Assembly: GCA_016929435.1 (NCBI GenBank)
Contig: JAFGIV010000026.1
Coordinates: 30,097-94,096, forward strand
Direction of reading: 5' to 3'
Source: Candidatus Uhrbacteria bacterium
Lineage (GTDB): Bacteria > Patescibacteriota > Patescibacteriia > SG8-24
Length of the DNA stretch: 64,000 nt
Part shown: positions 37,266-47,596 of the stretch, one piece after another
How the letters are laid out: every line of letters begins with the position of its first letter
Numbering within the stretch: the stretch's first letter is position 1
Notes under the pieces: generated by a model
Seen by the model: only the letters and a program-made list of their open reading frames with translations
What the model was told of the DNA's origin: nothing
Database searches by the model: none
Program-made: the position numbers and the translations under genes

Positions 37266-38059
37266 TTATTATATCCGAATTTCGCCTTAAAAATCAAGAG
37301 CGGAAAAACGACCGTAGCCCTAAATATCCGTTTCCATCGGCAGGGTTGGATAAACAGCCGCCAAAGCCACTCCAGGCCCATTTTACGCATTGACTCCGGG
37401 GCCCGGCTGATCTTTCCCCCCAGAAACTCAAAAGTTCCGCCTACCCCCATGGCCAAACCGAGCCAGGGCATCCGCGACAGGTTCTGCCGCAGCCACTTCT
37501 CCTGCCCGCCAAAAACCAGACCGACCAACAGAATGTCCGGCTTGGCCCGATGCAGCCGTTCCCGGGTCGCATCGTCAAGACGCCATTTTCCGTCTTGGCC
37601 GGAATAAAACCTGCCGCCCCTTTCGGCCCCGACTATTTTCAGCCCCGGAAAGGAGGCCTTCAGGGATTCGGCTGATTTTTCGGCCATACCCGGATCACCA
37701 CCCAGCAGATAGACCGTTTTCCCGAGTTCAGCGGCCAAACGGCAAATATCGACCGTCAAATCAGCGCCAGTCACCCGTTCCGGAAGGGGCTGACCCTGAA
37801 ATTTGGCGGCCCAAAGCAGACCTATCCCATCCGGGACGGAAAGGTCGGCCTGGTTGAGGACATCCATGAATTCCCGGTCCTTTTGGGCCCTAACGACAAA
37901 TTCCGGATTTGGGGTAACGACAAAAAACGGCTTGTTTCCCGACAGTAAGGCCGTTCTCACCCTTTCGACGGCCTGTTGTCCGGTAACCGCATCTACCGGC
38001 ACCCCCAAAATATTGGTCCGCATGGGTTCATGATAGCGGTAAAGGGGGTTGGTTGCCAA
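37262..38059 (-). CDS. WecB/TagA/CpsF family glycosyltransferase
   Basis: Full-length similarity to UDP-ManNAc-type transferases (NILGVPVDAVT ... VVTPNPEF ... ADLSVPDGIGL). Confidence 0.8.
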   Translation of the reverse strand: MATNPLYRYHEPMRTNILGVPVDAVTGQQAVERVRTALLSGNKPFFVVTPNPEFVVRAQKDREFMDVLNQADLSVPDGIGLLWAAKFQGQPLPERVTGADLTVDICRLAAELGKTVYLLGGDPGMAEKSAESLKASFPGLKIVGAERGGRFYSGQDGKWRLDDATRERLHRAKPDILLVGLVFGGQEKWLRQNLSRMPWLGLAMGVGGTFEFLGGKISRAPESMRKMGLEWLWRLFIQPCRWKRIFRATVVFPLLIFKAKFGYNK

Positions 38060-38188
38060 TTTTTAGGCCCCACGGAAAGAACCCGTGATCCGCAGGCTTG
38101 ACTATCCCCCAAAATAATCTATTATATAGACATAACGAATTAGCACTCCATCACATAGAGTGCCAATCGTCTAACGAACTAAGGCGAT

Positions 38189-40855
38189 ATGTTACCTCAA
38201 AATTTCACCACAAAATCACGGGAGGCCCTGGAACAAGCCCAGTCCCTTGCCTCTGAGGCCGACAATCCGGAAGTCAATGACCTTCACCTGCTGAAGGCCC
38301 TTTTGGGGCAGGCGGACGGGATCGTGGTGGCCGTTTTCCGGAAGCTGGAGGTTGACCTTACGGCCATTCTCCGTGAGACAGAGTCGGCAATCGGGAGGTT
38401 GCCAACGGCCGGGAGCGGCGGACTGGCGCAGATGTCCGTATCCCCCACTCTCGTAAGGACCCTGCGTCAGGCGGAAAAGGAGGCCAAACGGATCGGTGAC
38501 GAATACATATCAACCGAACATTTCCTTCTCGGCCTGCTGCAGTCCCCCACCGAATCCAAGACGATCCTGGAGGGATCCGGGGTGGATTACGACAGGGCCC
38601 TGAAGGTCCTGGCCGATATCCGCGGCAACCAGAAGGTCGATTCCCCGGAACCGGAACAGAAATACCGGGCCTTGGAGAAATATTCCCGTAACCTGACCGA
38701 CCTGGCCCGAGAGGAAAAGCTTGATCCGGTAATTGGCCGGGATGAGGAGATCCGCCGGCTGATGCAGGTCCTGACACGACGGACAAAGAACAACCCGGTC
38801 CTGATCGGGGAGGCCGGCACGGGGAAGACGGCGATCGTCGAGGGCCTGGCCCAGCGGATCGTCCAGGGGGATGTCCCCGAATCGCTCCGGGACCGTGAGA
38901 TTGCCTCGTTGGACATCGGATCGATGCTGGCCGGATCCAAGTTCCGTGGCGAATTCGAGGAACGGCTGAAAGCGGTGATCAAGGAGGTGGAAAAATCGGA
39001 CGGAAAGACCATCCTGTTCATCGACGAGCTGCATACCCTGGTCGGGGCCGGGGTCGGCGGGGACGGATCGTCTCTCGATGCCGCCAACATGCTGAAACCC
39101 GCCTTGGCCCGAGGGGAAATCAAGGTGATCGGCGCCACCACCGTACGCGAATACCAGAAACACATCGAGAAGGACCAGGCCCTGGAACGGCGCTTCCAGC
39201 CGGTCATGGTCAACGAGCCCAACGAGGAGGACGCCATTGCCGTCATGCGCGGCATCAAGGACCGCTATGAGCTGCATCATGGGGTCCGCATCACCGATCC
39301 GGCGGTCGTGGCCTCGGTCCGGCTGTCGTCCCGCTACATCCAGGACCGTTTCCTGCCCGACAAGGCCGTGGACTGCATTGACGAGGCGGCCTCCGCCCTG
39401 CGGCTGCAGATCGATTCCGAACCGGTTGAGCTGGACCGGTTGCGCCGGGAGGTAATGCGTCGGGAAATCGAAAAACGGGCCCTACAGAAGGAAAAGGACC
39501 GGGAATCGACCGAACGGCTCAAGGAACTGGAAAGGGAGCTGGCCGAGCTGAAGGAAAAACTTTCGGCCCTTGAGCTGTCATGGAAGAACGAGAAGGACGC
39601 AATCGGGATAATCAACGATTCCAAGAAGGCCATTGAGGACCTGAAGCAAAAGGCGGAAATCGCCGAACGCCAGGCGGACCTGAATCGGGTGGCCGAAATC
39701 CGCTACGGCCTGATTCCGGAGGCTGACAGGTCGCTGCGGGAAGCGGAAAGCAGGCTCAAGAACCTCCAGGCTGACGGCCGCCGCCTGAAGGAGGAGGTAA
39801 CGGAGGAGGATATTGCCCAAGTCATCTCCCGCTGGTCCGGAGTGCCGGTCAGCAAGATGCTGCAGGCCGAGGCCGTCAAGCTGTCCAGGATGGAGGACGG
39901 CTTGGGGCGACGGGTCATCGGGCAGGAGGAGGCCATCCGGGCCGTAGCCAATGCCGTCCGCCGGTCTCGGGCAGGGATCGCCGAGGAGAACCGGCCGATC
40001 GGATCCTTCATGTTCCTGGGTCCGACCGGGGTGGGAAAGACCGAATTGGCCAAAGCCCTGGCCGAATTCATGTTCGACGACGAAAACGCCATGATCCGGC
40101 TGGACATGTCCGAATACGGAGAGAGGCATACGGTTTCCCGAATGCTCGGGTCCCCGCCCGGATACGTAGGCCATGATGAGGGCGGACAGCTGACCGAAGC
40201 GGTGCGCCGCAAGCCATATTCGGTTGTCCTGTTCGACGAGGTGGAAAAGGCCCATCCCGACGTCTGGAACACCCTGCTCCAGATACTGGACGACGGTCGC
40301 CTGACCGACTCCAAGGGACGGCGGGTCAATTTCAAGAATACGGTCATCATCATGACCTCCAACATCGGTTCGGAGGCAATCCTGGAATCCGGAAGGCGTC
40401 TCGGATCGATTGGTTTCGACTCGGAAACCGGGGCGAAAACCCGAAAAAACGCCGACCGTGACCGGACGGACATTCGAAACAAAATCATGGAAATGCTGCG
40501 GGAGCGGTTCAAGCCGGAATTCCTGAACCGCCTGGACGAGATAATCGTATTCCGGTCCCTGACCGAAAGCGAAATCGGCCGGATAGTCGAACTGCAGCTG
40601 GCACGGGTGACGAACCGCCTCAAATCCAAGAGGGTCAACCTCAAGGTAACCGCCAAGGCCAAGGCCATCCTTGCCAAAAAGGGATACGATCCGACCTTTG
40701 GGGCCAGGCCGCTGAAGCGAACCCTCCAGCAGGAGATTCTTGATCCCCTGGCCCTGATGCTGATTGACGGGAAGGTCGGTGACGGGGAAACCGTCACAGC
40801 CGACGCCAAATCCAGCCTGAAGAACGGCGAGAGGATAACTTTAAGGGTTGGATGA
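38189..40855 (+). CDS. clpB: ATP-dependent chaperone ClpB (Hsp100 disaggregase)
   Basis: Clp N-domain repeats, two AAA+ modules (GEAGTGKT; GPTGVGKT), and the long middle coiled coil typical of ClpB. Confidence 0.92.
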   Translation: MLPQNFTTKSREALEQAQSLASEADNPEVNDLHLLKALLGQADGIVVAVFRKLEVDLTAILRETESAIGRLPTAGSGGLAQMSVSPTLVRTLRQAEKEAKRIGDEYISTEHFLLGLLQSPTESKTILEGSGVDYDRALKVLADIRGNQKVDSPEPEQKYRALEKYSRNLTDLAREEKLDPVIGRDEEIRRLMQVLTRRTKNNPVLIGEAGTGKTAIVEGLAQRIVQGDVPESLRDREIASLDIGSMLAGSKFRGEFEERLKAVIKEVEKSDGKTILFIDELHTLVGAGVGGDGSSLDAANMLKPALARGEIKVIGATTVREYQKHIEKDQALERRFQPVMVNEPNEEDAIAVMRGIKDRYELHHGVRITDPAVVASVRLSSRYIQDRFLPDKAVDCIDEAASALRLQIDSEPVELDRLRREVMRREIEKRALQKEKDRESTERLKELERELAELKEKLSALELSWKNEKDAIGIINDSKKAIEDLKQKAEIAERQADLNRVAEIRYGLIPEADRSLREAESRLKNLQADGRRLKEEVTEEDIAQVISRWSGVPVSKMLQAEAVKLSRMEDGLGRRVIGQEEAIRAVANAVRRSRAGIAEENRPIGSFMFLGPTGVGKTELAKALAEFMFDDENAMIRLDMSEYGERHTVSRMLGSPPGYVGHDEGGQLTEAVRRKPYSVVLFDEVEKAHPDVWNTLLQILDDGRLTDSKGRRVNFKNTVIIMTSNIGSEAILESGRRLGSIGFDSETGAKTRKNADRDRTDIRNKIMEMLRERFKPEFLNRLDEIIVFRSLTESEIGRIVELQLARVTNRLKSKRVNLKVTAKAKAILAKKGYDPTFGARPLKRTLQQEILDPLALMLIDGKVGDGETVTADAKSSLKNGERITLRVG

Positions 40856-40863
40856 AAATGGGC

Positions 40864-40910
40864 AAGAAAGAAACCCCAGGGACTATCCCGGGGTTTCTTT
40901 CTTGTTTTTG
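40864..40910 (+). terminator. Rho-independent terminator downstream of clpB
   Basis: Stem agaaagaaacccc...ggggtttctttct followed by tgttttt. Confidence 0.6.
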
Positions 40911-41092
40911 GTTAAGGAATCAACACGTCCATCAGGGACCCGAACAGCTGACGGTAGAATGCCTTGATTTTCCGTTTGGACATAGACTTTTGCCTGTTAA
41001 CGTGCCATAATCGGAACGCCACCCAATCAGTGGTTCCGATTAAACGCCGTTCCGCTCTCCCACGGGAGCGGCGTTTTTTAATTAGTAACGAG

Positions 41093-41725
41093 TCAAACCG
41101 GCTGATGGGCCCCAAAATCACGCATCAGCCCCCGGACCACCCCCTGTACCACGACCTCCCGGACATAAATCGGCTTGAGGCGGCTATTGGCCGGCTGAAG
41201 GCGGACCCGTCCCGGTTCGCGGTAAAACCGCTTGAGGGTAGCGTACATGTTGTCCAGGAGAGCCACGACGATATCCCCGTTTTTGGGGGACGGATTCCGT
41301 TCCACCACAACGTAATCTCCGGAAAGGATCCCGTCTTCAATCATCGAATCCCCCCTTACCTTCAGGACAAAGGTGTCTTCCGGCTTGGCCACCATGGAGG
41401 CCGGGACGTCAATCCCCTCGTCGGACTGGATGGCCTCAATCGGTTCGCCGGCCGTAATGACCCCGGCCAAGGGAACGGTGATGGCTTGGGCCATCCTGGT
41501 GATGGTCGGCTCGACCTCAATGGTCCGGCTCCCCTCCCCCCCGTCAGCCAGATAGCCTTTGGTCTCCAGGTTTTTGACATGCTCATGAACCGTGGCGGTC
41601 GAACTCATCCCCAACTCCGAGGCGATTTCCCTATAGGAAGGGGCATACCCCCGTTCCCGGACATAATCGACTATGAAGTTAAATATTTCGGTCTGGCGTT
41701 TGGTCAGTTTGTTTTTGGATATCAT
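41093..41725 (-). CDS. lexA: LexA repressor (S24 autopeptidase)
   Basis: N-terminal winged HTH, catalytic Ser in RGDSM and Lys in ATLKRF. Confidence 0.9.
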   Translation of the reverse strand: MISKNKLTKRQTEIFNFIVDYVRERGYAPSYREIASELGMSSTATVHEHVKNLETKGYLADGGEGSRTIEVEPTITRMAQAITVPLAGVITAGEPIEAIQSDEGIDVPASMVAKPEDTFVLKVRGDSMIEDGILSGDYVVVERNPSPKNGDIVVALLDNMYATLKRFYREPGRVRLQPANSRLKPIYVREVVVQGVVRGLMRDFGAHQPV

Positions 41726-41764
41726 AGTTATCCACAGTTATTGTCTAACGCCTTAATTATACCC

Positions 41765-41779
41765 GAACAAAAACCGAAC
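41765..41779. promoter_or_regulatory. Candidate SOS box, direct-repeat type GAAC-N7-GAAC (GTTC-N7-GTTC on the lexA strand), abutting a TATAAT -10
   Basis: gaacaaaaaccgaac lies immediately upstream of tataat (lexA strand), in the 107-bp lexA/MEMO-like divergent intergenic region. Confidence 0.4.
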
Positions 41780-41832
41780 AGCAAGAGACTCCCCACCGAC
41801 TGTCCCTTCCCATTTCAAAATCAGCGGGCTAC

Positions 41833-42660
41833 ATGATAAAATATCTGCATATTAATCACGAACCCATGTCTTTAGCATTCTCCTGCATCGTAGCCCACAC
41901 CCCGCTCCTGATGCCGACCATCGGAAGGGACAGCATTGGCCTGATAGCCAAGACCAGGGATGCCATGCTCCGTTTGGAGCAGGAACTCTACCTGTCCCAA
42001 CCGGAAACCGTAATCGTCGTGTCGCCGCACGGACAGGGCCTGCCGGATTCCGTAACCATCGACTGCAGCCCGGAATTCACGGCTGATTTCGAGGAGTTCG
42101 GGGACCTGGTCACAAAAAACCGCTGGCGCGGGGATGTCTTGCTGATCGACCGAATTAGGGAAGACTTCAACGCCAAGCACCTCCCCCTTTCGCTAAGCAG
42201 CGTCAGTACCCTGGACTACGGCTGTACCGTACCCCTCTGGTACCTGACCCAACACCTCCCGAAGGTCAAGGTCGTTCCCGTATTCACGTCCGGTCTGGAC
42301 GCCAAAAACCATTACGAAATCGGCAGGCAGATGAAGGACGAGATCCTCAACGCCACCAAACGGGTGGCAGTGGTGGCCTCCGCCGACCTGTCGCACAGGG
42401 TCGGGGAAAATTCCCCGCAGGGACTGTCCCCCCGTGGGGTAGCCTATGACGAAAAGGTCCAGGAGCTTGTCCGGAACCGTGACCTGGTGGGCCTGACCGA
42501 TATCGACGAGAGCTGGGCCAATGAGGCCTCGGCCTGCGGGGACAAGGTTTTGGCCGTTCTGGCGGGAATCATGGACGAGGTTCAGCACGAACCGGAAATC
42601 CTTTCCTACGAAAAACCGTTGGGTGTCGGATACCTGGTGGCCAACCTGAAGATGGCCTGA
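41833..42660 (+). CDS. MEMO1/LigB-family (class III extradiol dioxygenase-like; AmmeMemoRadiSam protein B-like) protein
   Basis: About 275 aa with a VVSPHGQG motif and conserved His/Asp positions of the LigB fold. Divergent from lexA. Confidence 0.5.
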   Translation: MIKYLHINHEPMSLAFSCIVAHTPLLMPTIGRDSIGLIAKTRDAMLRLEQELYLSQPETVIVVSPHGQGLPDSVTIDCSPEFTADFEEFGDLVTKNRWRGDVLLIDRIREDFNAKHLPLSLSSVSTLDYGCTVPLWYLTQHLPKVKVVPVFTSGLDAKNHYEIGRQMKDEILNATKRVAVVASADLSHRVGENSPQGLSPRGVAYDEKVQELVRNRDLVGLTDIDESWANEASACGDKVLAVLAGIMDEVQHEPEILSYEKPLGVGYLVANLKMA

Positions 42661-42677
42661 CGCCCATAACCGAGCCG

Positions 42678-44546
42678 ATGATCGCCAAAGTCGTCCCTGC
42701 CGTCAGGTTACCCCGTCCAATGGGTGTTTTCGATTACCTGGTCGGGGACGAATCGGGCATCCGCAGGGGATCTTTGGTGACGGTTCCCTGGAGAAACCGG
42801 GGGGTCGTCGGGCTGGTTGTCGGAACGGAAGACAGGAGCGATATCCCGCCCAAGAGGCTTAAGGCGGTTACGGGAAAATTTTCCGCCAATCGCCTGCCTG
42901 AAGACGCCGTGAGGGCGATGGAATGGGCGGCGAACCGCTACCTGGCATCTCCGGGGACAATAGTCCGGTGTTTCATTCCGACTCCCCCAAAACGCCGTCC
43001 GACCCCTGTCCCCACCGATACGGCCGACGCCGGGGAAAAGGGTCCCGATTCCCGCCCGCAAAAAAGCACGGGAAGAATTTTCGTCTACGGCAGTCCCGAG
43101 GAAAAAAGGGCGGTCATGTCGGCGGCGGTCGGAAAGTGCCTTGAATCGGGGAAATCCGCCATTGTCCTGGCCCCGCACAGGGAGGACATCAGGGAAACCG
43201 TCGCTGTCCTGGCCGATTCGGCCAACGGGGGGCTGGCGGAAATTCACGGTCAACTTCCGGCCGGGATTCTTTGGGCCAATTGGGAGCGTTGCCTAAACGG
43301 GCAGGCGACAGTGGCGGTCGGCAGCCGAATGGCCGTAATGGCCCCTATAAATCGATTGGGCCTAATCGTGATTCTGGAGGGAGACAGTCCGGACCACAAG
43401 CAGTATGACCAAAATCCCCGCTACGATGCCCGGGCCCTGGCAAAAGTCAGGACCGATACGGCTGGGGCCGAACTCCTGATAATGACCCAGTCGCTCCGGG
43501 TGGAGGAAATCGTCATGGCCAGGAACGGCTTCCGCCTGGAAAACGGCTCTGTCCGGCCGGCACCGGTAGTCCTGGCGGACATCTCGTCTTGGGGAAAGGA
43601 GTGGTCCGGACCGCTGGCTCCGGCCTCCGTCGACCGAATCGTTGGGTCTTTACAGGACGGAAAGAATGCGCTAATATACCATGATCGCCAGGGGACGGCC
43701 GGGGCCTTGGCCTGCGCCGATTGCCGCCAGGTCTCCCGTTGCCCAAAATGCTCCCTGGCGATGCCGATACGCAGGGAAACGCTCTATTGCCCCCGTTGCG
43801 GACAGGCCGTACCGCTACCGACCGCCTGTCCGACCTGCGGCGGGAACCGTCTCCGGACGATCGGTTGGGGAACGGCGGCCGTTGAGTCTTTTTTGAAAAA
43901 AACGATCCCCGGGACATCCGTACAGCGGATCGATGCCGAAACGGGAAGGGTCGGAAGCGGCCAAAACGCCCGGGTACTGATCGGTTCCCGCGGGCTGGTG
44001 CACGACCTTTCCGAACTGCATGGGGGAAATTTCGGAACGGTCATCGTCACCGCAGCCGAAGACCTGCTCCGGCGACCCGGATTCCGGACGACAGAGGAGG
44101 CCTGGGGCCTGATCCAAAAACTCCGTTACCTGGCGGCCCGCAGTCAGGCCGACCTGGTCATCCAAACCCTCAATACGGAAGACCCGAAAGTTCGCTCCCT
44201 GGCCGAGGACGCAAAAACCTTCCTGGACAGGGAACTGGCCATGCGTCGGGAAACCAGCTACCCGCCAGCCGGAAGGTTGGTGTTGGTGGTTTCCCGGGGA
44301 CAAACGGAACGCGAGGCAACCTCCCGTTCCGAGTGGGTCCGGAGGCGACTTCTGCCGGCCTGCCGGGCCAACGGACCGAAAACCGTCCTGTCCCAGCCGT
44401 TTCGCCCGTCACGGCCGGTCCGCAATGGCCAATGGAGACAGGCCATAGCCATCAAGACCCCAGAAATCGGACCGGGCCTGGACCGGGCACTGCGGTCCCT
44501 GCCGGAGGAGCATTCCATCGAACCCGATCCGGAAACCCCAATTTAG
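42678..44546 (+). CDS. priA: Primosomal protein N' (PriA)-like with degenerate helicase motifs
   Basis: N-terminal 3'-DNA-binding domain (VFDYLVGDESGIRRGSLVTVPW.RNRGVVGLVVG) and Cys-rich Zn region (CADCRQVSRCPKCSLAM...CPRCG...CPTCG). Walker A is replaced by GSPEEKRA and DEEH by LEGDS. Confidence 0.7.
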   Translation: MIAKVVPAVRLPRPMGVFDYLVGDESGIRRGSLVTVPWRNRGVVGLVVGTEDRSDIPPKRLKAVTGKFSANRLPEDAVRAMEWAANRYLASPGTIVRCFIPTPPKRRPTPVPTDTADAGEKGPDSRPQKSTGRIFVYGSPEEKRAVMSAAVGKCLESGKSAIVLAPHREDIRETVAVLADSANGGLAEIHGQLPAGILWANWERCLNGQATVAVGSRMAVMAPINRLGLIVILEGDSPDHKQYDQNPRYDARALAKVRTDTAGAELLIMTQSLRVEEIVMARNGFRLENGSVRPAPVVLADISSWGKEWSGPLAPASVDRIVGSLQDGKNALIYHDRQGTAGALACADCRQVSRCPKCSLAMPIRRETLYCPRCGQAVPLPTACPTCGGNRLRTIGWGTAAVESFLKKTIPGTSVQRIDAETGRVGSGQNARVLIGSRGLVHDLSELHGGNFGTVIVTAAEDLLRRPGFRTTEEAWGLIQKLRYLAARSQADLVIQTLNTEDPKVRSLAEDAKTFLDRELAMRRETSYPPAGRLVLVVSRGQTEREATSRSEWVRRRLLPACRANGPKTVLSQPFRPSRPVRNGQWRQAIAIKTPEIGPGLDRALRSLPEEHSIEPDPETPI

Positions 44547-44567
44547 AAACCTTAGACACTCCATAAA

Positions 44568-45014
44568 ATGACCAGAAAAATAACGATTGCCGGCAAGGAC
44601 GCTGTCCTGCGGCAAAAAGCGAAAGAGGTCAGGCCGGAGGAGTTCGGTACCGACGAGCTCCGCCGTTTGGCTTCGGATATGGCGGAAACCATGTCCAAAA
44701 ACGACGGCGTGGGCATTGCCGCCCCGCAGGTCGGGGAATCGATCCGTGTCTTTGTGGTGGAAACCCCAGACGGACCGGCTGCCCTGGCCAACCCGACCGT
44801 CATCCCCAAAACGGAAAAGATGGACGGGGATGTTGAGGGCTGCCTGTCCTGTCCGGGCGAAGCCGTTCGCGTCAGGCGTTTCCGAAAAATAGAGGTTCGG
44901 GCCATGACAATCGACGGGGAACCGCTCAACTTCCGAGCCGAAGGTTTCCTTGCCCGCGTCATCCAGCACGAGAACGACCACCTGGACGGCATCCTGATCA
45001 TAGACAAGAAATGA
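44568..45014 (+). CDS. def: Peptide deformylase
   Basis: GVGIAAPQVG, EGCLS and QHENDHLDG (HExxH) motifs. Confidence 0.9.
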   Translation: MTRKITIAGKDAVLRQKAKEVRPEEFGTDELRRLASDMAETMSKNDGVGIAAPQVGESIRVFVVETPDGPAALANPTVIPKTEKMDGDVEGCLSCPGEAVRVRRFRKIEVRAMTIDGEPLNFRAEGFLARVIQHENDHLDGILIIDKK

Positions 45015-45991
45015 CGGGCATGCTGAAAGTCGCATATTTCGGCAGCGGACATTTTGCCGTAGAGCCGCTCCAGGCCATGCTTAACGACCCGGATGTCCAG
45101 GTGTTGGCCGTCATCTGCCGACCGGATCGCCCAGTCGGCCGAAGGCAGGAGACGGAACCGTGTCCGGTCGGACACATGGTCAGCCGTTCTTCCCGCATGT
45201 CCGACGGCGGTATCCGCATATTAAAACCCGAAAGGGTCCGCAATAACCCTGAACTGATCGCCGAATTGAGGGGAATGAACCTGGACGTGGCAATCGTGGC
45301 GTCATACGGGCAGATATTGCCGCAGGAACTCCTGGATATCCCAAGGCTCGGTTTCCTTAACCTCCACGGGTCGATCCTGCCGAAATGGCGCGGGGCCTCC
45401 CCCATTCAGTCCTCCATCCTGGCCGGGGATGCCGAAACCGGAGTCACCCTAATGGTCATGGACGCCAAAATGGACCACGGTCCAATTTTGGGTACGGCGG
45501 AAACCGCCATAGGCCCCCATGACACGTACCGGACCATGGAAACGAAACTGTCGAAATCCGCAGCCGATCTCCTGTCCGGCAAACTCCGGAAATTCGCTGA
45601 CGGCCAAATCGTTCCTCAAAGGCAGGACCACGATGCGGCCTCGTTCTGCGGGATGATAGGCAAGGGGGACGGCCTGGTCGACTGGCGGAAAGAGACGGCC
45701 GACCTGATCGGGCGCAAACTCCGGGCCTACACCCCCTGGCCGGGAATATACTCGAACTGGAACCGTAATGGCCGCCTGTTGCGGATAAAAATACTGGAGG
45801 CGAAAATCGGAAAGGAACCGGTTCCCGGGGTCTTGCCCGGCACGATCGTTGAGTCGGAAGGCAAACCGTCCGTCATTGCCGCCGATCACCGCCCGGTAAC
45901 GATCGAGATGTGCCAGGTGGAAGGGAAGAAACCATGTTCCGGACAGGACCTGTTGCGCGGATACCGGGATCTGGCCGGTAAGGTCATCTGA
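45011..45991 (+). CDS. fmt: Methionyl-tRNA formyltransferase
   Basis: Formyl-transferase N-domain (NLHGSILPKWRGASPIQ) and C-terminal beta-barrel. Follows def. Confidence 0.88.
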   Translation: MTGMLKVAYFGSGHFAVEPLQAMLNDPDVQVLAVICRPDRPVGRRQETEPCPVGHMVSRSSRMSDGGIRILKPERVRNNPELIAELRGMNLDVAIVASYGQILPQELLDIPRLGFLNLHGSILPKWRGASPIQSSILAGDAETGVTLMVMDAKMDHGPILGTAETAIGPHDTYRTMETKLSKSAADLLSGKLRKFADGQIVPQRQDHDAASFCGMIGKGDGLVDWRKETADLIGRKLRAYTPWPGIYSNWNRNGRLLRIKILEAKIGKEPVPGVLPGTIVESEGKPSVIAADHRPVTIEMCQVEGKKPCSGQDLLRGYRDLAGKVI

Positions 45992-46020
45992 AAAAACAGG
46001 CCAAAAAGGCCTGTTTTTTG
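45991..46020. terminator. Bidirectional rho-independent terminator
   Basis: aaaaaacaggcc(aaaaa)ggcctgtttttt between convergent genes. Confidence 0.6.
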
Positions 46021-46042
46021 GTTTGCTCCCCACACTCTCCGG

Positions 46043-47596
46043 TCATGATTTCTGCATTCGGCCGTTCCATCCCGCCAACATGGCCAAGGTGCCTATCCCT
46101 AGCGGATGGTTCAGGTACGGGCTGAAGACGTTCGTGGCCAAAAGGGCAACGGTTGCGGCCAATACGCCTAAAGCGACCACGGCCTGCGGATCAACAGCCG
46201 CATTTTGGACGGTTCCGTACGACAGCCGGGAACGGCGGACAATCGCCAAAACCGGACGGATCAGGGCATGGACAAGCCAACCGTAAGCGATCAGGCCAAC
46301 CAGGCCCAGCTTCAGCCAAAGGTCGCTGTAGCCCCACTCGAAGGCATAGGTGGAGTACATGCCGTTCGGGTAATCCGCCAATAGCCGGGGATCGCTCGTC
46401 CGGTATTCGACCCTGGTTCCGAAACCCGAACCGAGAAACGGGTGCCGGAGGGCTGCCCTGTTCAGGATCGGCAAAAGGGACCAGCGGCTGACGGCAGCGT
46501 CGTCCACCAATGAGGTGGCCCTGCCGCCAAGCATCCCGGAAAAGGATATCCAGGTCCCCCTCTTCGGGAAGGGAATGGCGTAAATCCCCATGATGGCCGC
46601 CACGGCAACCGTGGCGGCCAAGATCCCCGAAACCGCCATCCGTTTCCAGACAGCCGTCTCGGCCTTGGCCCAAACCAATACGGCCATTACGGATAGGGCC
46701 CCAAAAAAAAGGCCGAACCAAAAGCTGCGCGAAAGCCCCAAAACCAGGGCAACGGCCGCCAGGCTGACCGCCGCCAAGGCGCAGCGGAAGCGGCGAGACC
46801 GGACGGAAGCGGCATAAGCCGCCAAAACCGTCCCGATCAGGGCCAAAAACATCCCAAACAGGTGAGACTGGAAAAATACCCGGTGGAAATCCCCCACATG
46901 AATGGCGATCTCCCCCACCCGGGTATCCCTGACCCAAACGTAAAGCGGAGAGGCAATGGCCTGAATGCGATGGGAAAAGACATAGAAAACAAAGACGGCC
47001 TTCAGGACGGATGAGGACACGGCCGCCAAGGCAACGCCAACGAACCGAGACGGGTCCAACCGCAGAAAACCGGAGACAACGGCGGGAAGAATGGCGAAAA
47101 AGGCATAGCCGTTGGCGTCAAAAAACATGTCCGCAAACCCATTGGCCGACAGGCCCCGAACGGCAGCCACGGAAAAGACGGCAAGCAGGGCCAGGTACGG
47201 CCACAGCATTCCGGTTTTCCGCATTGCGGACAGCCAGTCCAAACCCTCCCCGCGAAGAAGTGCCCTGGAGGATTGGACGGCCCAGGCGCAAAAGATCGCC
47301 AGGAACATCCCCATCCGCAGGGACAGGCCCAATCCCCCCTCCGAACCGAGGGAAAAAAGGTATCCGCCCTGCGACCCGATGAACAGCTCGGCCAGAAACG
47401 CCAGGATCGCCAGATCATAACGGACGAAAGCCAAAACCAAGACCGTCAGGCAGGTAATGACCGTTGCGACCGACGAGAACGCCGGGAACACGAAACCGAA
47501 AAAAGAAAGCGTCTCGGCCAGGACAATCAGCAGCAGGGCCGTTCGAAACGACCGGGTGGCCTTTTTCGGTTCGATTTTAGGCAGGCTGTCGGTCAT
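46043..47596 (-). CDS. Polytopic membrane protein, O-antigen ligase/polymerase-like
   Basis: About 12 TM helices with a large periplasmic loop. Located in an operon with the GT4 and flippase genes. Confidence 0.4.
   Translation of the reverse strand: MTDSLPKIEPKKATRSFRTALLLIVLAETLSFFGFVFPAFSSVATVITCLTVLVLAFVRYDLAILAFLAELFIGSQGGYLFSLGSEGGLGLSLRMGMFLAIFCAWAVQSSRALLRGEGLDWLSAMRKTGMLWPYLALLAVFSVAAVRGLSANGFADMFFDANGYAFFAILPAVVSGFLRLDPSRFVGVALAAVSSSVLKAVFVFYVFSHRIQAIASPLYVWVRDTRVGEIAIHVGDFHRVFFQSHLFGMFLALIGTVLAAYAASVRSRRFRCALAAVSLAAVALVLGLSRSFWFGLFFGALSVMAVLVWAKAETAVWKRMAVSGILAATVAVAAIMGIYAIPFPKRGTWISFSGMLGGRATSLVDDAAVSRWSLLPILNRAALRHPFLGSGFGTRVEYRTSDPRLLADYPNGMYSTYAFEWGYSDLWLKLGLVGLIAYGWLVHALIRPVLAIVRRSRLSYGTVQNAAVDPQAVVALGVLAATVALLATNVFSPYLNHPLGIGTLAMLAGWNGRMQKS

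Noticed and set aside
38510-40809. Several 220-370-aa minus-strand ORFs antisense to clpB
   Set aside because: clpB is unambiguous on the + strand. The antisense frames are Ser/Arg/Pro-rich high-GC artefacts.
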